Shown here in pieces: positions 10,009-20,789 of a DNA stretch of 64,000 nt (positions are counted from its first letter, which is position 1; each line of letters begins with the position of its first letter). Both the position numbers and the translations under genes were made by a program. The stretch comes from Gammaproteobacteria bacterium (GTDB lineage: Bacteria; Pseudomonadota; Gammaproteobacteria; Eutrophobiales; Eutrophobiaceae), in assembly GCA_965243205.1 (NCBI GenBank), contig CBDEUK010000001.1:64001-128000 (forward strand), written 5' to 3'. The notes beneath the pieces were generated by a model. The model was not told the DNA's origin, did not search any database, and saw only the letters and a list, made by a program, of their open reading frames with translations.

Positions 10009-11069
10009 GCTAATAATTCACCACCTTCGGATAAATTATCTTCACCAATCATTAATTGATTTTCTGATAATAATTTAATGGTATCGGATAAATTAAGAAC
10101 CGTATCTTCGGAACTAAATTCTTTTGTAAGTACTTTTTCAAAATTTTCTTGATTATTAAGTTCAGGTAACATCGAACGAATTGCGTAGTAGTCCCCTGCA
10201 CGTACTGTATGATGACATTCTTCCTCTGAAACCATAATTTCATGCATTTTCTCACCAGGTCTAATTCCTATAATATTAATATCAATACCACGATCTCCTA
10301 TAAGTGCTTTAGCGATATTTATTACGGTTGCGGAAGGAGCATTAGGAACAAATGTATCACCTGGTTTTGCATCGCGTATACAATTAAACACAGTATCGAC
10401 AGCTTGATCTAAGCTAAGTAAAAAGCGTGTCATTTCTGGGACTGTAATCGTAACAGGACCACCATTCTTTATTTGCTCATGGAACAGCGGTATAACAGAA
10501 CCTCTTGAAGCTAAAACATTACCATAACGTACACATGCAAAACGAGTGTTTTTATTCAGTATATTTGCTGAAGTAAATATACGTTCTTGAATTGATTTAG
10601 ACATTCCCATTACATTAACTGGTTTACATGCTTTATCAGTACTAACACCTATAACAGTCTCTATACTTAAATCTAGTTCACGTATCGCACGAACGATATT
10701 CATCGCACCAATACAATTAGTTAATACTGCTTGTTCTGGAAAATATTCACATGTTGGCACTTGCTTAAGTGCTGCAGCATTAATAACAATATCCACATCA
10801 TTCAATGCCGAGCTCACGTCATGAAAATCTCGAACATCACCTATACGAAATTCTAACACTTGTTTAAAGTTATTAAATATAACTTCATCAGTTGTGACAG
10901 TCCGATTTAAATACGCCACTCTCATGTCATGCTGTTTGCCTTCATCTCTTGACATAACAATTACTTTTTTTGGGACTCCGTTTTCAGAAGATAACAAGCG
11001 CCTAACTAATACTTTACCTAATGAGCCAGTACCACCCGTGACTAGAATTTTTTTCCCCTCAAATAGCAT
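10005..11069 (-). CDS. UDP-GlcNAc 4,6-dehydratase/5-epimerase (FnlA/WbjB/CapE/PseB family)
   Basis: TGGTGSLG, SRDEGKQ, AAALKQVPTCEYFP, STDKAC.PVN.MG.SK, RYGNVLASRGSVIPLF, GIRPGEKMHE. Confidence 0.92.
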   Translation of the reverse strand: MLFEGKKILVTGGTGSLGKVLVRRLLSSENGVPKKVIVMSRDEGKQHDMRVAYLNRTVTTDEVIFNNFKQVLEFRIGDVRDFHDVSSALNDVDIVINAAALKQVPTCEYFPEQAVLTNCIGAMNIVRAIRELDLSIETVIGVSTDKACKPVNVMGMSKSIQERIFTSANILNKNTRFACVRYGNVLASRGSVIPLFHEQIKNGGPVTITVPEMTRFLLSLDQAVDTVFNCIRDAKPGDTFVPNAPSATVINIAKALIGDRGIDINIIGIRPGEKMHEIMVSEEECHHTVRAGDYYAIRSMLPELNNQENFEKVLTKEFSSEDTVLNLSDTIKLLSENQLMIGEDNLSEGGELLA

Positions 11070-11071
11070 GG

Positions 11072-11947
11072 TTAAAATATATCTCCTCGTTGTTTAATTT
11101 GTTCAGCCAATTCAGATAACATTGCATCCCAATCTGGCGGCACATAGCTTGTAATTGAATTAAATTCATTTGCAATCAAACTTCGGTCGCATGCAAACTC
11201 ATCATAAGGGTTAATTTTAACATCACTTCTGTTTAATTTTTCAGATAATTTAGTTAACAATTCATATTTACTAATTGGGTTCGATGCGACATGATAAACA
11301 CCTGATAGATTTGGGTAATGTAATAAAACTCTCTCAATAATCCTTGCCATTTCAATAGTTGTAAACCCACTAAATATGGCATTTGAGTAGCCGTTGACAC
11401 AACCTTTCTGAGATAAAAACCACTCAATCAAACTTTTTTTATAGTTTAATTCAAGACCGATTATAGATGTTCGAAGCGTGATACAATTACTATAACTAAC
11501 TTCACCTAAATATTTAGTTTTTCCATAAATATCTTCTGCATCGACTAAATCAGTTTGTAAATATTGTCCTTTTTTACCTGAAAATACGCAGTCCGTACTC
11601 ATATGAATAAATTTAGAATTTATTTTTGCAGCTAAGATTGCTATTTTGTGTGGAAGTAATGAATTAATTTCTATATATTTTACTGGAGAAGTTTTAACAT
11701 CTCTCTGTTTAATAACCCCTACAGCATTCAAAATGATATCCGGTCGTATATCATTCAATATTGCTTCCATACGATTAAAATCTGTCAGATCAATATTTTG
11801 CACCACATTATTTTCATTAATGATATCTTCTATATTAGAACCAATATATTGATGGTGCAGTAAGCCATACACTTCATATTTAGCAGTAAAATATTTAGCA
11901 AACTGATGACCTAACATACCATTGCATCCTAAAACTAATATTTTCAT
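11072..11947 (-). CDS. RmlD-like 4-keto reductase (QnlA/WbvR type)
   Basis: LGCNGMLG, NAVGVIKQR, INSLLPH, STDCVFSG, YGKTK, RTSIIG; lies in a reductase/dehydratase/2-epimerase triplet. Confidence 0.85.
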   Translation of the reverse strand: MKILVLGCNGMLGHQFAKYFTAKYEVYGLLHHQYIGSNIEDIINENNVVQNIDLTDFNRMEAILNDIRPDIILNAVGVIKQRDVKTSPVKYIEINSLLPHKIAILAAKINSKFIHMSTDCVFSGKKGQYLQTDLVDAEDIYGKTKYLGEVSYSNCITLRTSIIGLELNYKKSLIEWFLSQKGCVNGYSNAIFSGFTTIEMARIIERVLLHYPNLSGVYHVASNPISKYELLTKLSEKLNRSDVKINPYDEFACDRSLIANEFNSITSYVPPDWDAMLSELAEQIKQRGDIF

Positions 11948-11950
11948 ATC

Positions 11951-13174
11951 TTATTTTGAAGTTAATTTATTCATCATACTGACTAATCTATCTAGCAGAA
12001 TGCTTCTATCATAATGTAATTTATAATAATTATATGAGCATTCTCCCATTTTATCTCTTTGTGTTTTATCAAGATTATAAATACTCAATATCGCTTCTGC
12101 TAATGCTTTCTCATCTTCAGCATTAACGGCTACTCCACCTGCAGATTCATTTATGACTCTAGCACCTTCTCCATTCAGTGAACCTATGATAGGTCTTGCG
12201 CATGCCATGTAACTTTGTACTTTAGAAGGAATTGTTTGAGAAAAAACAGTTTCATCTTTCAATGTAACTAATAATGTATCGGCATGCGAAAAATATTTTG
12301 GCATATCCTGTGTTGGCTTACGCCCTAAGAAATACATACATTGTTCAATCCCTAGTTTTTTCACTTCGTTTTCCATCCATTCTTTACGTCGGCCATCGCC
12401 AATAATAACCCAATGTAAGTCTTTTAGATGTTTTAGTCTTAAAGCAGCTGAAGTAATTGTATTTAATGATTGAGCTTCGCCAAGATTTCCTGCAAATAAG
12501 ACTATAAAACCTTTAGGAAATTTATCTGATATATCATTAGTGTTTTCTAAAGATATTGGTTTATAAAAATCTTCAGCCCAATTCGGAAAGTAAAATGTCT
12601 TATTAGGATCTGCACCAGCATCAACCGCTGGTTTTATAAACGATTCTGACTGGACTAAAATTAAATCACAACGATAATATATCCATTTTACCATTTTAGA
12701 AACTAAGTTTAATATGAACTTTGAATCGATTGCACCTGCAGCTTTAATACTTTCAGGCCATAAATCTTGCACCCAGAAAATCATTGGTGCTTTTTTTAAA
12801 AAGCGAAATAGGACACCGGGTATTCCAACAGTAAATGGTGATGGCTCATAAACAAATATAACATCATAGTTATCGCGGCAGTAAAAAGGGCCCAAGATGC
12901 AGGAGGTCAAAACAAAAGATATATAATTAAGAATAAGTTGCCACGATTTACTTTTCATACGCGGTATTAATGGTACTCTATATATTGTTACATTATTATG
13001 CCTATCTTTACCAACAGACTGATAACCATAGCCTTCAGAGATAGCTCCAGATGGATAATTAGGAAGTCCTGTTAATACAGTAATTTCATGCCCCATATCA
13101 TCAAGACTTAATGCTAAATCATTAATACGAAAAGACTCTGGCCAAAAATATTGGCTTATGATTAAAATCTTCAT
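11951..13174 (-). CDS. GT4 glycosyltransferase, WbuB-like (L-QuiNAc/L-FucNAc transferase)
   Basis: SQYFWPE.FRIND, TGLPNYP.G, WVQDLWPES, FAGNLGEAQ, TIPSKVQSYMA. Confidence 0.9.
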   Translation of the reverse strand: MKILIISQYFWPESFRINDLALSLDDMGHEITVLTGLPNYPSGAISEGYGYQSVGKDRHNNVTIYRVPLIPRMKSKSWQLILNYISFVLTSCILGPFYCRDNYDVIFVYEPSPFTVGIPGVLFRFLKKAPMIFWVQDLWPESIKAAGAIDSKFILNLVSKMVKWIYYRCDLILVQSESFIKPAVDAGADPNKTFYFPNWAEDFYKPISLENTNDISDKFPKGFIVLFAGNLGEAQSLNTITSAALRLKHLKDLHWVIIGDGRRKEWMENEVKKLGIEQCMYFLGRKPTQDMPKYFSHADTLLVTLKDETVFSQTIPSKVQSYMACARPIIGSLNGEGARVINESAGGVAVNAEDEKALAEAILSIYNLDKTQRDKMGECSYNYYKLHYDRSILLDRLVSMMNKLTSK

Positions 13175-13250
13175 TTATATTTTCAATATTATTTCTTAAA
13201 TATATATGATTTAACAAATAACTTTATTAGTTACATTTTGTGCTTGAGTA

Positions 13251-14408
13251 TTATTTATCAACTGATTTAAAACTTATATCCTTGTTTAATATAGACTCAT
13301 AACAAAAAATATATTTTCGTGAAATTGATTCCCACGAATATTTCGACGACACGAATATTGATGCTTTACTACCCATTTCAACAAGAGAATTATTATTTAG
13401 TTCTAATAAATTACTAATCCCATATGCAATACTTTCTATAGTAGGAGAAACCTCTATTCCACCTCCAGCTTCTACTAATTCAGGAAACCCACATGCATTA
13501 GTCATTAAAACTGGTTTATTATAAACAGCTGCTTCTAATGCAACTAATGACATTGCTTCTTTTCTTGAGGGTATGACAAGAAAACTACAATCGCGGTAAG
13601 CTAATTTCTTATCGTCACCTCCAATGTATCCTGTTAAAAAAACGCGATTTTCTAAATTATTCTTATCAATAATTTTTTTTAAATCTTGTCCCATGCCATC
13701 ATCTGGACCAGCTAAAACTAAATTAATATCTGGATATTTTTTATTTATTTTTATAAAAGCATTAATTAATAAATCTGGTCCTTTTATAAGATTTAATCTA
13801 CCAACAAATAATATATATGGTTTATCTGGAATATTAAAAATTTTGTTAAAAGTTCGTTCATCCTCAAACGAAACATTACAATCCACTCCATTTGGAATAA
13901 ACTCTACATGCTTATTAGCATTGATTGTATGAAAATATTGCATCTCAGGCTTTGTTATTGCAATTATCCTCGATGCATTTTTTAACATCCTATACCCTAT
14001 TACATAGTTATATATTAATTTAAAGATCTTAGAACGCCCAAAAATCTCTAAAGAACCTGCTGGACAAACCACATAAGGCTTGCCTTGTTTTTTTGCTATT
14101 AAATAGACCCAAATATTTAACACTGTCCAATGATTCATTAAATGAATCACATCAGCCCATTCCACTGTTTCATAAATTTTTTTGTAGTTAAAAGTAGGTA
14201 TATACCATCGTTTTATCAAACATGGTAAAACAACCATGGTATTTTGATCATGTTTAAATACTTTATTATTTAAACCTATGTCTGTTGTAATTACCTTAGC
14301 ATTAGTATTATTTAATTTATTTAGATATGTAATAAGAGCACCGGTTCGTTGTGCAGTACCACCACCAGTTATAGGATCCATACTCATATTCACATGTAAA
14401 ATATTCAT
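13251..14408 (-). CDS. GT4 glycosyltransferase
   Basis: GGGT near the N-terminus, IPNGVD, LFVGRL..IKG.D.LI.AF, PSRKEAMSLVALEA (EX7E). Confidence 0.92.
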   Translation of the reverse strand: MNILHVNMSMDPITGGGTAQRTGALITYLNKLNNTNAKVITTDIGLNNKVFKHDQNTMVVLPCLIKRWYIPTFNYKKIYETVEWADVIHLMNHWTVLNIWVYLIAKKQGKPYVVCPAGSLEIFGRSKIFKLIYNYVIGYRMLKNASRIIAITKPEMQYFHTINANKHVEFIPNGVDCNVSFEDERTFNKIFNIPDKPYILFVGRLNLIKGPDLLINAFIKINKKYPDINLVLAGPDDGMGQDLKKIIDKNNLENRVFLTGYIGGDDKKLAYRDCSFLVIPSRKEAMSLVALEAAVYNKPVLMTNACGFPELVEAGGGIEVSPTIESIAYGISNLLELNNNSLVEMGSKASIFVSSKYSWESISRKYIFCYESILNKDISFKSVDK

Positions 14409-14413
14409 TTTGA

Positions 14414-15385
14414 TTAAGTCTTTTTTATTTTATTGCTCAAATACCAATCAAAATACTTATCCAATCCATCATTGATAGTAATTTTTTTTTGAAACCCTTT
14501 TTCTATTAATTTAGTAGGAAAAAATTTTTTCATAGGCTCTATATTATCTTTACCTTGAATATATAAAATCAGTTTCAAAAAATATATATGAAACTTCCAT
14601 GGTGGAACTTTATGGCGCTTCAATTTAAATTTATCAATAATGTATTTTTCTACAAATTTATAGTTATTATTTGGATCATCATCATCTGTTACAAAATAAA
14701 TTGATTTAGATTCGATTGAATAATCTTCTATAAAAAATAGAATTGAACGCAATAAATTATCTATATATACAAGATTTAACGACCTATTTTGATAAATTAT
14801 TGACCTCATATAATTTAGAGTTGTTTTTTTGCATAAAATATCTTTGATAATTTTATCCAAGCCTATCGTTAAAGGACCAAATACCAAACCAGATCTAAGA
14901 ATGGAAAAACTTTGATATGCTAAAGAATTGTTTTTAATCACTACTTTCTCAAGCTCATATTTTTCTTTTGCATAATCGGAATAAGGTTTAGGTATATCTA
15001 ATTCAGATGGTTTTATAGATTTTAATCGGCCACAAACATCAATCGTGCTAATATGTATAAATTTTTTAACAGATACTTTTTTACATATATCTATAAAATT
15101 GTTTAATAACAATAGATTATAGTCATCATACTTTTTTCTAGAATACGCTAGATTAATAGCTACTACATTATTTTCAAATTCAATTTCCCATTTATTTGAT
15201 TTTGATAAATCAATTTCTATGACTTTAATATTTGAAAATTGATTATATAACTCTAGAGTTTTAGCATCTCTAGTTAAAGCATAGACTTTATATTTTTGAT
15301 CATTTGATAATTTATTCAGAAGTGCTTTTCCAATTACCCCTGATGCTCCAGTTATAATTAAATCTGTAATATCAGAATTTTCCAC
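14414..15385 (-). CDS. NAD-dependent epimerase/dehydratase (divergent extended SDR)
   Basis: ITGASGVIG, FIHIST, YAKEK (YxxxK), LRSGLVFGP; GTG start. Confidence 0.8.
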   Translation of the reverse strand: MENSDITDLIITGASGVIGKALLNKLSNDQKYKVYALTRDAKTLELYNQFSNIKVIEIDLSKSNKWEIEFENNVVAINLAYSRKKYDDYNLLLLNNFIDICKKVSVKKFIHISTIDVCGRLKSIKPSELDIPKPYSDYAKEKYELEKVVIKNNSLAYQSFSILRSGLVFGPLTIGLDKIIKDILCKKTTLNYMRSIIYQNRSLNLVYIDNLLRSILFFIEDYSIESKSIYFVTDDDDPNNNYKFVEKYIIDKFKLKRHKVPPWKFHIYFLKLILYIQGKDNIEPMKKFFPTKLIEKGFQKKITINDGLDKYFDWYLSNKIKKT

Positions 15386-16245
15386 TACTTTGATTTATAA
15401 TTACTAATTAAACGTTTATAAATATAAGAAAGGATGCTCACAATATAAAAAAAATAAATCCTAAAGCTATTGCTTTTCTTTAAACTCATTAAATGACGTC
15501 TAACTTTATAATCACCATAAAGGTTATGAAGCCATTGTTTAAATGTATGTTCTATTGCTTCTACTTTATCTAAATAACATTTAGATTGCTTGTTAACTAA
15601 TAAACGAACTCCATTTTTTTTTAGCCAGAAAGAATGAACAACATCCTCTCCAAAAGCTTTTCCTTTAAAAGGGAAATAATTTTTTAAAACTAAATTTTCC
15701 CTAAAATGCATTACGCAACCACCGGCCAGCCATTCTGTTTCGAAAGTATCATTAAAAAATTCATTTGATGAGATACCAACAGCTGAGCCTGTTTTATCAA
15801 TCTTCCCAGGCTGATATCCTTCTTTCCCATTCATTAAATAATAATAAACAGTCTCAATGTACGGATGATATTTTTTTCTAGAATAAATTGACTGATGAGT
15901 ATCAACATCCAACATAACAGGAGCTACAGCGACTTTGTTATTTTCAGAATTTAATGTATCCATTAATATCTCTATACAATGTCTATCTAATAAAATGTCA
16001 TCATCCATTTGCATTACATATTCACCTAAAGCTGCATTAAATCCAAAAGCTCTCTGAGATACTTGACCTCTATCTTTAGTCATTATTTTTCGAACATTAT
16101 CATCATTAATTTCTATATTGTCTATTTCAGGTTCGGGAGTGCAAATAAGAATTTCATCTGGAATAATCGTGCTTTGATTAATACTTGTTATTGTATCTTT
16201 AAGGGTTCCACCACCTAAAGTTGCTATAACAACACTTAGCTTCAT
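15385..16245 (-). CDS. GT2 glycosyltransferase
   Basis: LSVVIATLG, QRAFGF, MQMDDD (DxD), WLAGGC, GEDV. Confidence 0.88.
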   Translation of the reverse strand: MKLSVVIATLGGGTLKDTITSINQSTIIPDEILICTPEPEIDNIEINDDNVRKIMTKDRGQVSQRAFGFNAALGEYVMQMDDDILLDRHCIEILMDTLNSENNKVAVAPVMLDVDTHQSIYSRKKYHPYIETVYYYLMNGKEGYQPGKIDKTGSAVGISSNEFFNDTFETEWLAGGCVMHFRENLVLKNYFPFKGKAFGEDVVHSFWLKKNGVRLLVNKQSKCYLDKVEAIEHTFKQWLHNLYGDYKVRRHLMSLKKSNSFRIYFFYIVSILSYIYKRLISNYKSK

Positions 16246-16251
16246 TATTAC

Positions 16252-18132
16252 CTAATATCCATTTAAATCTAATAAAGCTCGCCATCTTGGTAGCTTTCTA
16301 TCTAAGTAAAAATAATCTTGGTGACTATTATTATTTTTTTTAGATGTAACGTTAATTATTGTCTCTGCTAATTTATATGAGTTAGTAATATATGTATTAC
16401 TTTCAATATCACGTAAAGGACTTACATTAAAACTATTACCATCAAGAATTTGCAATACAGGCACTCCCATACTATACAAATCAACAGCTGAAGAGGTTAT
16501 ATTACTGGTAAAAGCAACATCACATTTTTTTCCAATACTAGCTAATGTATCATCTGTTAAAATAATATTAAGATCTGAAATGATTTTATGGCTAATTGGT
16601 TGTGCAGGATGTGGCTTCAATATATATCGAGTATTTTTTGGTAATGATTTTGCCGCTATTGCCACCCATGACAATAATTTAAGATTAGTTGAAGAAAGAA
16701 AATCTCCACAAATCAATACTGTAAGATACTCATGATTATTCTCTCTATTGATTGGCTGAGCTAAATGTAAATATCTCAATGCTTCTACTTCAATAATTTC
16801 GTTTTTTGGATATCCAGCTTCAATATAATTTTTTTTTGCAACTTGGCCATTAACAGCTATTTTACTTGGTCTAGGCAAAGAAAGTTTTTCTATATTAGAA
16901 AAATTCCTGTTGTCATAAAAATATCTTAAATCCCAATATCGTACTGTTGAGTGGGGTACACCAATTAGCTCAGACTGTTTATATCTATTCCATATTTGAA
17001 TAAGTGCCATTTCCCATGGTTGATTTTCTTGAATATAAACCCCTACGTTTTGAGACGATAAATTTGAGAATGTTTTGTTGTAGAGCGCTATTCTAATACA
17101 ATTCATCATTGCATCTTGCCCCCTCAAAGAATTAATAAAATCTTTTTGAAAAAAACTTTTATAATCAAACGTACCACCTGATACAAGAAAAAAACCTCTA
17201 TTATTTATTAAAAAAACTGAAAGAAACCATAATTGATAATAAAGTTTAAGTGCCTTTATATATACTATAAGGTTTAAATTAGATTCAATTAATACGTGTT
17301 GTTGATTATCATTTGAAGTTTTATTGATTTCTTCAAGAAATTTTTTGGCAGAAGAAGATTTAAGCAAAGGTTTGTGAGGATAGTAATTATGTAGCCAAAC
17401 CACATTTTTTTTTGATTCATTTAACTTATCAACAAGTTCATGCCAGTAATTAGATTTAAATTTTTTATTAACATAAGAATCTTTATCTAAATGAATTAGC
17501 ACATCTACAATTACAATATCACTACTAATAAAATCTTTTCTCTTTCCAAATATGAGAGGAATATTTTTAAAAAAATACACCATATAAAAAATATGAGCTT
17601 TAACTGTGTATGGTAAAAAATGATAAAGCTTTTTTAGATCAAATTTAAAATGAGATGGTTTCGACTTATAATTAGTATAAAATTTTATTCCATTAATTTT
17701 ACAATAATACTGTATAGTTCTTATTAAAAACTTATTATTTCCTTTATAAATAATATGACTACTTTTATATTTTTTAATAATTTCTTCAAGCAAGAAACAT
17801 TTAATAGTATTGGATATCTGAGAATTATCAGAAATATTGTATCTTTGTGCTATAGAAGTCATCCACCAATAGCTAAAACCCGGATATAATTGAAGATATT
17901 CAACAATTTTTTTATCCTTGATTTTTTTTTCACTTATATCATATATCCAAGCTAAATATTTTGATCTATAGTAGTCACTATTTTCTTCAACTACTTTTGG
18001 AATTGAGATAATATTTTTATCATCTGGTTGTTCGTAACTATTCCAAAGTAAAGTAATATCTTTATTTTTCTTAGGTAATTCTTCTAAATCCCAAATAATA
18101 ATTTTACTATAATTATTGGTATCTTTGTCCAT
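16252..18132 (-). CDS. Surface-carbohydrate biosynthesis protein (resembles TIGR04326/LIC13510 family); putative GT-B transferase
   Basis: YRSKYLAWI, GFSYWWMTS, QENQPWE, GVPHSTVRYWD.RY, VEALRY, LKPHP, SSAVD. The HP and SS motifs are typical of CMP-ulosonate transferases. Family recalled from memory. Confidence 0.65.
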   Translation of the reverse strand: MDKDTNNYSKIIIWDLEELPKKNKDITLLWNSYEQPDDKNIISIPKVVEENSDYYRSKYLAWIYDISEKKIKDKKIVEYLQLYPGFSYWWMTSIAQRYNISDNSQISNTIKCFLLEEIIKKYKSSHIIYKGNNKFLIRTIQYYCKINGIKFYTNYKSKPSHFKFDLKKLYHFLPYTVKAHIFYMVYFFKNIPLIFGKRKDFISSDIVIVDVLIHLDKDSYVNKKFKSNYWHELVDKLNESKKNVVWLHNYYPHKPLLKSSSAKKFLEEINKTSNDNQQHVLIESNLNLIVYIKALKLYYQLWFLSVFLINNRGFFLVSGGTFDYKSFFQKDFINSLRGQDAMMNCIRIALYNKTFSNLSSQNVGVYIQENQPWEMALIQIWNRYKQSELIGVPHSTVRYWDLRYFYDNRNFSNIEKLSLPRPSKIAVNGQVAKKNYIEAGYPKNEIIEVEALRYLHLAQPINRENNHEYLTVLICGDFLSSTNLKLLSWVAIAAKSLPKNTRYILKPHPAQPISHKIISDLNIILTDDTLASIGKKCDVAFTSNITSSAVDLYSMGVPVLQILDGNSFNVSPLRDIESNTYITNSYKLAETIINVTSKKNNNSHQDYFYLDRKLPRWRALLDLNGY

Positions 18133-18140
18133 GGGACGGT

Positions 18141-18887
18141 TTAATATAAGTCCTTCATAAGTTTTTCAACCATAACTAAATCTTCAACTGTATCGACAGC
18201 GTGAGTATTAAATTTCGTGGGCGCCATATAAACAGACATCCCATGCTCTAATACTCGCATCATATCGACAGATTCTGCGACTTCTAATGGAGTTGGAGTG
18301 ATTTCATTATACTGTAATAGAAAATCTCGTTTAAACGGAATAACACAAACTTGTTTATACATAGGCACTTTATCTTCTTTTGCCCGTGTTGGAATAGGCT
18401 CTCTTGAAAAATAAATCGCATTATTATTTAAATCACAGACTACTTTTATACAATTTCTATCTTCAAACTCTTCGATTGTTTTTATCTCAGCAATCAGGTT
18501 AGTAACTTTAATAGTTTCATCTTCTAACATTGGTTGTACAGCTTCAGATATCATATCAGGATGAGTCATTGGTTCATCACCTTGTACCATAACTACAATG
18601 TCGTATTTTATATTATGTTGTTTTTCCAATTTGATTAGAGCTTCTGCACACCTATCTGATGCTCGTTCGTGTGTATTACTCGTCATAACTGCTATTCCAC
18701 CAAGTGATTCTATATAATCGTATATTTCTTGATCACATGTTGCTACAGCTGTCATGGTTAATAATTTTGATTGTGCTACTCGTTCATAAACATGACCGAT
18801 CATGGGTTTCTCTAAAATTTTAGCCATAGGCTTTCCAGGGAAACGACTACTACCCATACGGGCAGGTATTAATGCGAGAATATTCAT
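18141..18887 (-). CDS. KdsB-like 3-deoxy-ulosonate cytidylyltransferase
   Basis: IPARMGSSRFPGKP, VQGDEP, YFSREPIP, PLEVAESVDMMRVLEHG, AVDT.ED. ATG at 18887 is preferred over the ORF-track start at 18938. Confidence 0.88.
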   Translation of the reverse strand: MNILALIPARMGSSRFPGKPMAKILEKPMIGHVYERVAQSKLLTMTAVATCDQEIYDYIESLGGIAVMTSNTHERASDRCAEALIKLEKQHNIKYDIVVMVQGDEPMTHPDMISEAVQPMLEDETIKVTNLIAEIKTIEEFEDRNCIKVVCDLNNNAIYFSREPIPTRAKEDKVPMYKQVCVIPFKRDFLLQYNEITPTPLEVAESVDMMRVLEHGMSVYMAPTKFNTHAVDTVEDLVMVEKLMKDLY

Positions 18888-18915
18888 AATAATTGTATAT
18901 ATCTTAGTGGTGTAG

Positions 18916-19833
18916 TTATGATTTACCAGCCCATTCAATAAAATCTGATAGGCCCTGTTCTAATTCAGTAAACTCAGTTAAATCTAATAATTCTTGAAGT
19001 TTTTTCTTATCCGCATATATTCCAGCTTGATCGCCTAAAGTAGGATCATCTATTGTGATTTTTGTATCATTTACTCTATTACAAATAATATCTAGTAATT
19101 GTTCCACTGTAGTTTTTATTCCAGTACCAATATTAATCATTTGGTTTAATGCTTTTTTTTCTATCGAAGCGCGCCACCAAGCTTCGACAACATCATCAAT
19201 ATAAATAAAATCTCTAAATCGATTAATGCTACCTTTCACTAGTATATGTTGATTCTTGAGCGCTTGTGCAAGATAAATACTAACCATGCCTTGACGTAAA
19301 TTATTCATATCCTGACCAGGCCCATACACATTAAACATTCGCATAGAAACAAAGGGTAAACTTTTTTGATATATTCTTAAGTAATTTTCGGAAGCCATTT
19401 TACCAATCCCATAACAAGACAATGGCTGCAATATCATATCTTCAGATATAGGTTGTTCAGGCACAGAACCATAGACCGACATAGAACTTGCATAAACAAT
19501 ACGCTCTGTTTGATTTTGAATACCATACTGAATTAAATTGAGAGTTGAAACGGTATTTTTATTAAGATCAATTACAGGATTATCAAAACTAATTTCACCA
19601 GATGATTGCCCTGCTAAATGGAGTATTTTATTGCAATTAACAGGTAAAACTTCTAATACTTTGTTATCAGAAAGATCTATTTCAATAAACTCTATATCTT
19701 CTGGAATATTTTTTATATTCCCATTCGATAAATCATCTATACCGATTACTTCATAACCTTCCGATACAAAACGTTGAGCAACATGTGAACCAATAAAACC
19801 AGCAACACCTGTTATAAGTATTCTATTCATCAA
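18916..19833 (-). CDS. NAD-dependent epimerase/dehydratase (GalE-like)
   Basis: GVAGFIGS, HLAGQSSG, YGIGK, RMFNVYGPGQ, RDFIYIDDVV. Confidence 0.9.
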   Translation of the reverse strand: MMNRILITGVAGFIGSHVAQRFVSEGYEVIGIDDLSNGNIKNIPEDIEFIEIDLSDNKVLEVLPVNCNKILHLAGQSSGEISFDNPVIDLNKNTVSTLNLIQYGIQNQTERIVYASSMSVYGSVPEQPISEDMILQPLSCYGIGKMASENYLRIYQKSLPFVSMRMFNVYGPGQDMNNLRQGMVSIYLAQALKNQHILVKGSINRFRDFIYIDDVVEAWWRASIEKKALNQMINIGTGIKTTVEQLLDIICNRVNDTKITIDDPTLGDQAGIYADKKKLQELLDLTEFTELEQGLSDFIEWAGKS

Positions 19834-20747
19834 TCGTTGGTAATTATTGCAATTAATGTATCACAACGTTTTTGTCGTATTAATTCTTGTTTATACATTT
19901 CTTCTAATTCATTGCCTAATATGTCAGTATATTTCCCCATACCACCAGGCTTACCATCTCTTGCCCAAGTCATATGATTGGAAAAATCATAACGTTGGTC
20001 TAATAGAATTTGAAATGGCTTATCCAGTTGTTTCAAAAGATAATTTAATGAATCTTCACTAAAGTACCAAGGATGTGCAATAGACCAATAAAATCTTTCA
20101 AACTCTGGTATATCATATACTGAATATAAAGGATCAGCGGCATTTGGAATTTCAAATACTATCTTGCCTCCAGTATTCAAAAGACTAAGTTGTTTTTTTA
20201 AAAAATCCAAAGGTTCTGAGATATGTTCTAATACAAAATAATGTTGAATTAAATCGAACTTAGTTTCTAAATCACGATTAACGAGTTCATCTAATGAATT
20301 ATGTACTACAATATTTTGTTGTTTCAAAAAATTAGTAAATAAGTTTGAGGGTTCAATTCCTGAGCAAGTATGTCCCATCTTGATCTGAGGAAATAACATA
20401 AATCCTGACGAACATCCAACCTCAAGGATATTTTTTTCACCAGTAAGGTGTTCAGAAAGATATTTAGAACGGCGTAAGTAAGTATGGTGGTTTGCTTTTA
20501 TATGTTGTTCGGCCTCCATCCATCCACCAGATTCACCACTCCTGCTTTGCATAAAGCCCTCAAATTCAGCGGCATAAAACTTCTCTTCGTCCTCTTTAGA
20601 AAGGCCTGGATATTGGTATCTAACATCACATTTATTGCAATGATAAAATGCTCTTATTTGATGTTTATCGCCAAAAACATGAGGTGTAACGATAGATTGG
20701 TATTTATGATTAGCGCCACACAAGGGACAATTTGAAGGTATTGGCAT
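19830..20747 (-). CDS. Class I SAM-dependent methyltransferase with N-terminal Zn-ribbon
   Basis: CPLC...CNKC, ILEVGCSSG, GIEPS, VLEHI.EP, IVFEIPN. Confidence 0.88.
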   Translation of the reverse strand: MPIPSNCPLCGANHKYQSIVTPHVFGDKHQIRAFYHCNKCDVRYQYPGLSKEDEEKFYAAEFEGFMQSRSGESGGWMEAEQHIKANHHTYLRRSKYLSEHLTGEKNILEVGCSSGFMLFPQIKMGHTCSGIEPSNLFTNFLKQQNIVVHNSLDELVNRDLETKFDLIQHYFVLEHISEPLDFLKKQLSLLNTGGKIVFEIPNAADPLYSVYDIPEFERFYWSIAHPWYFSEDSLNYLLKQLDKPFQILLDQRYDFSNHMTWARDGKPGGMGKYTDILGNELEEMYKQELIRQKRCDTLIAIITND

Positions 20748-20789
20748 ATGACTATTTAATATTTTTTTTAATTATATTCAAAAGATATT

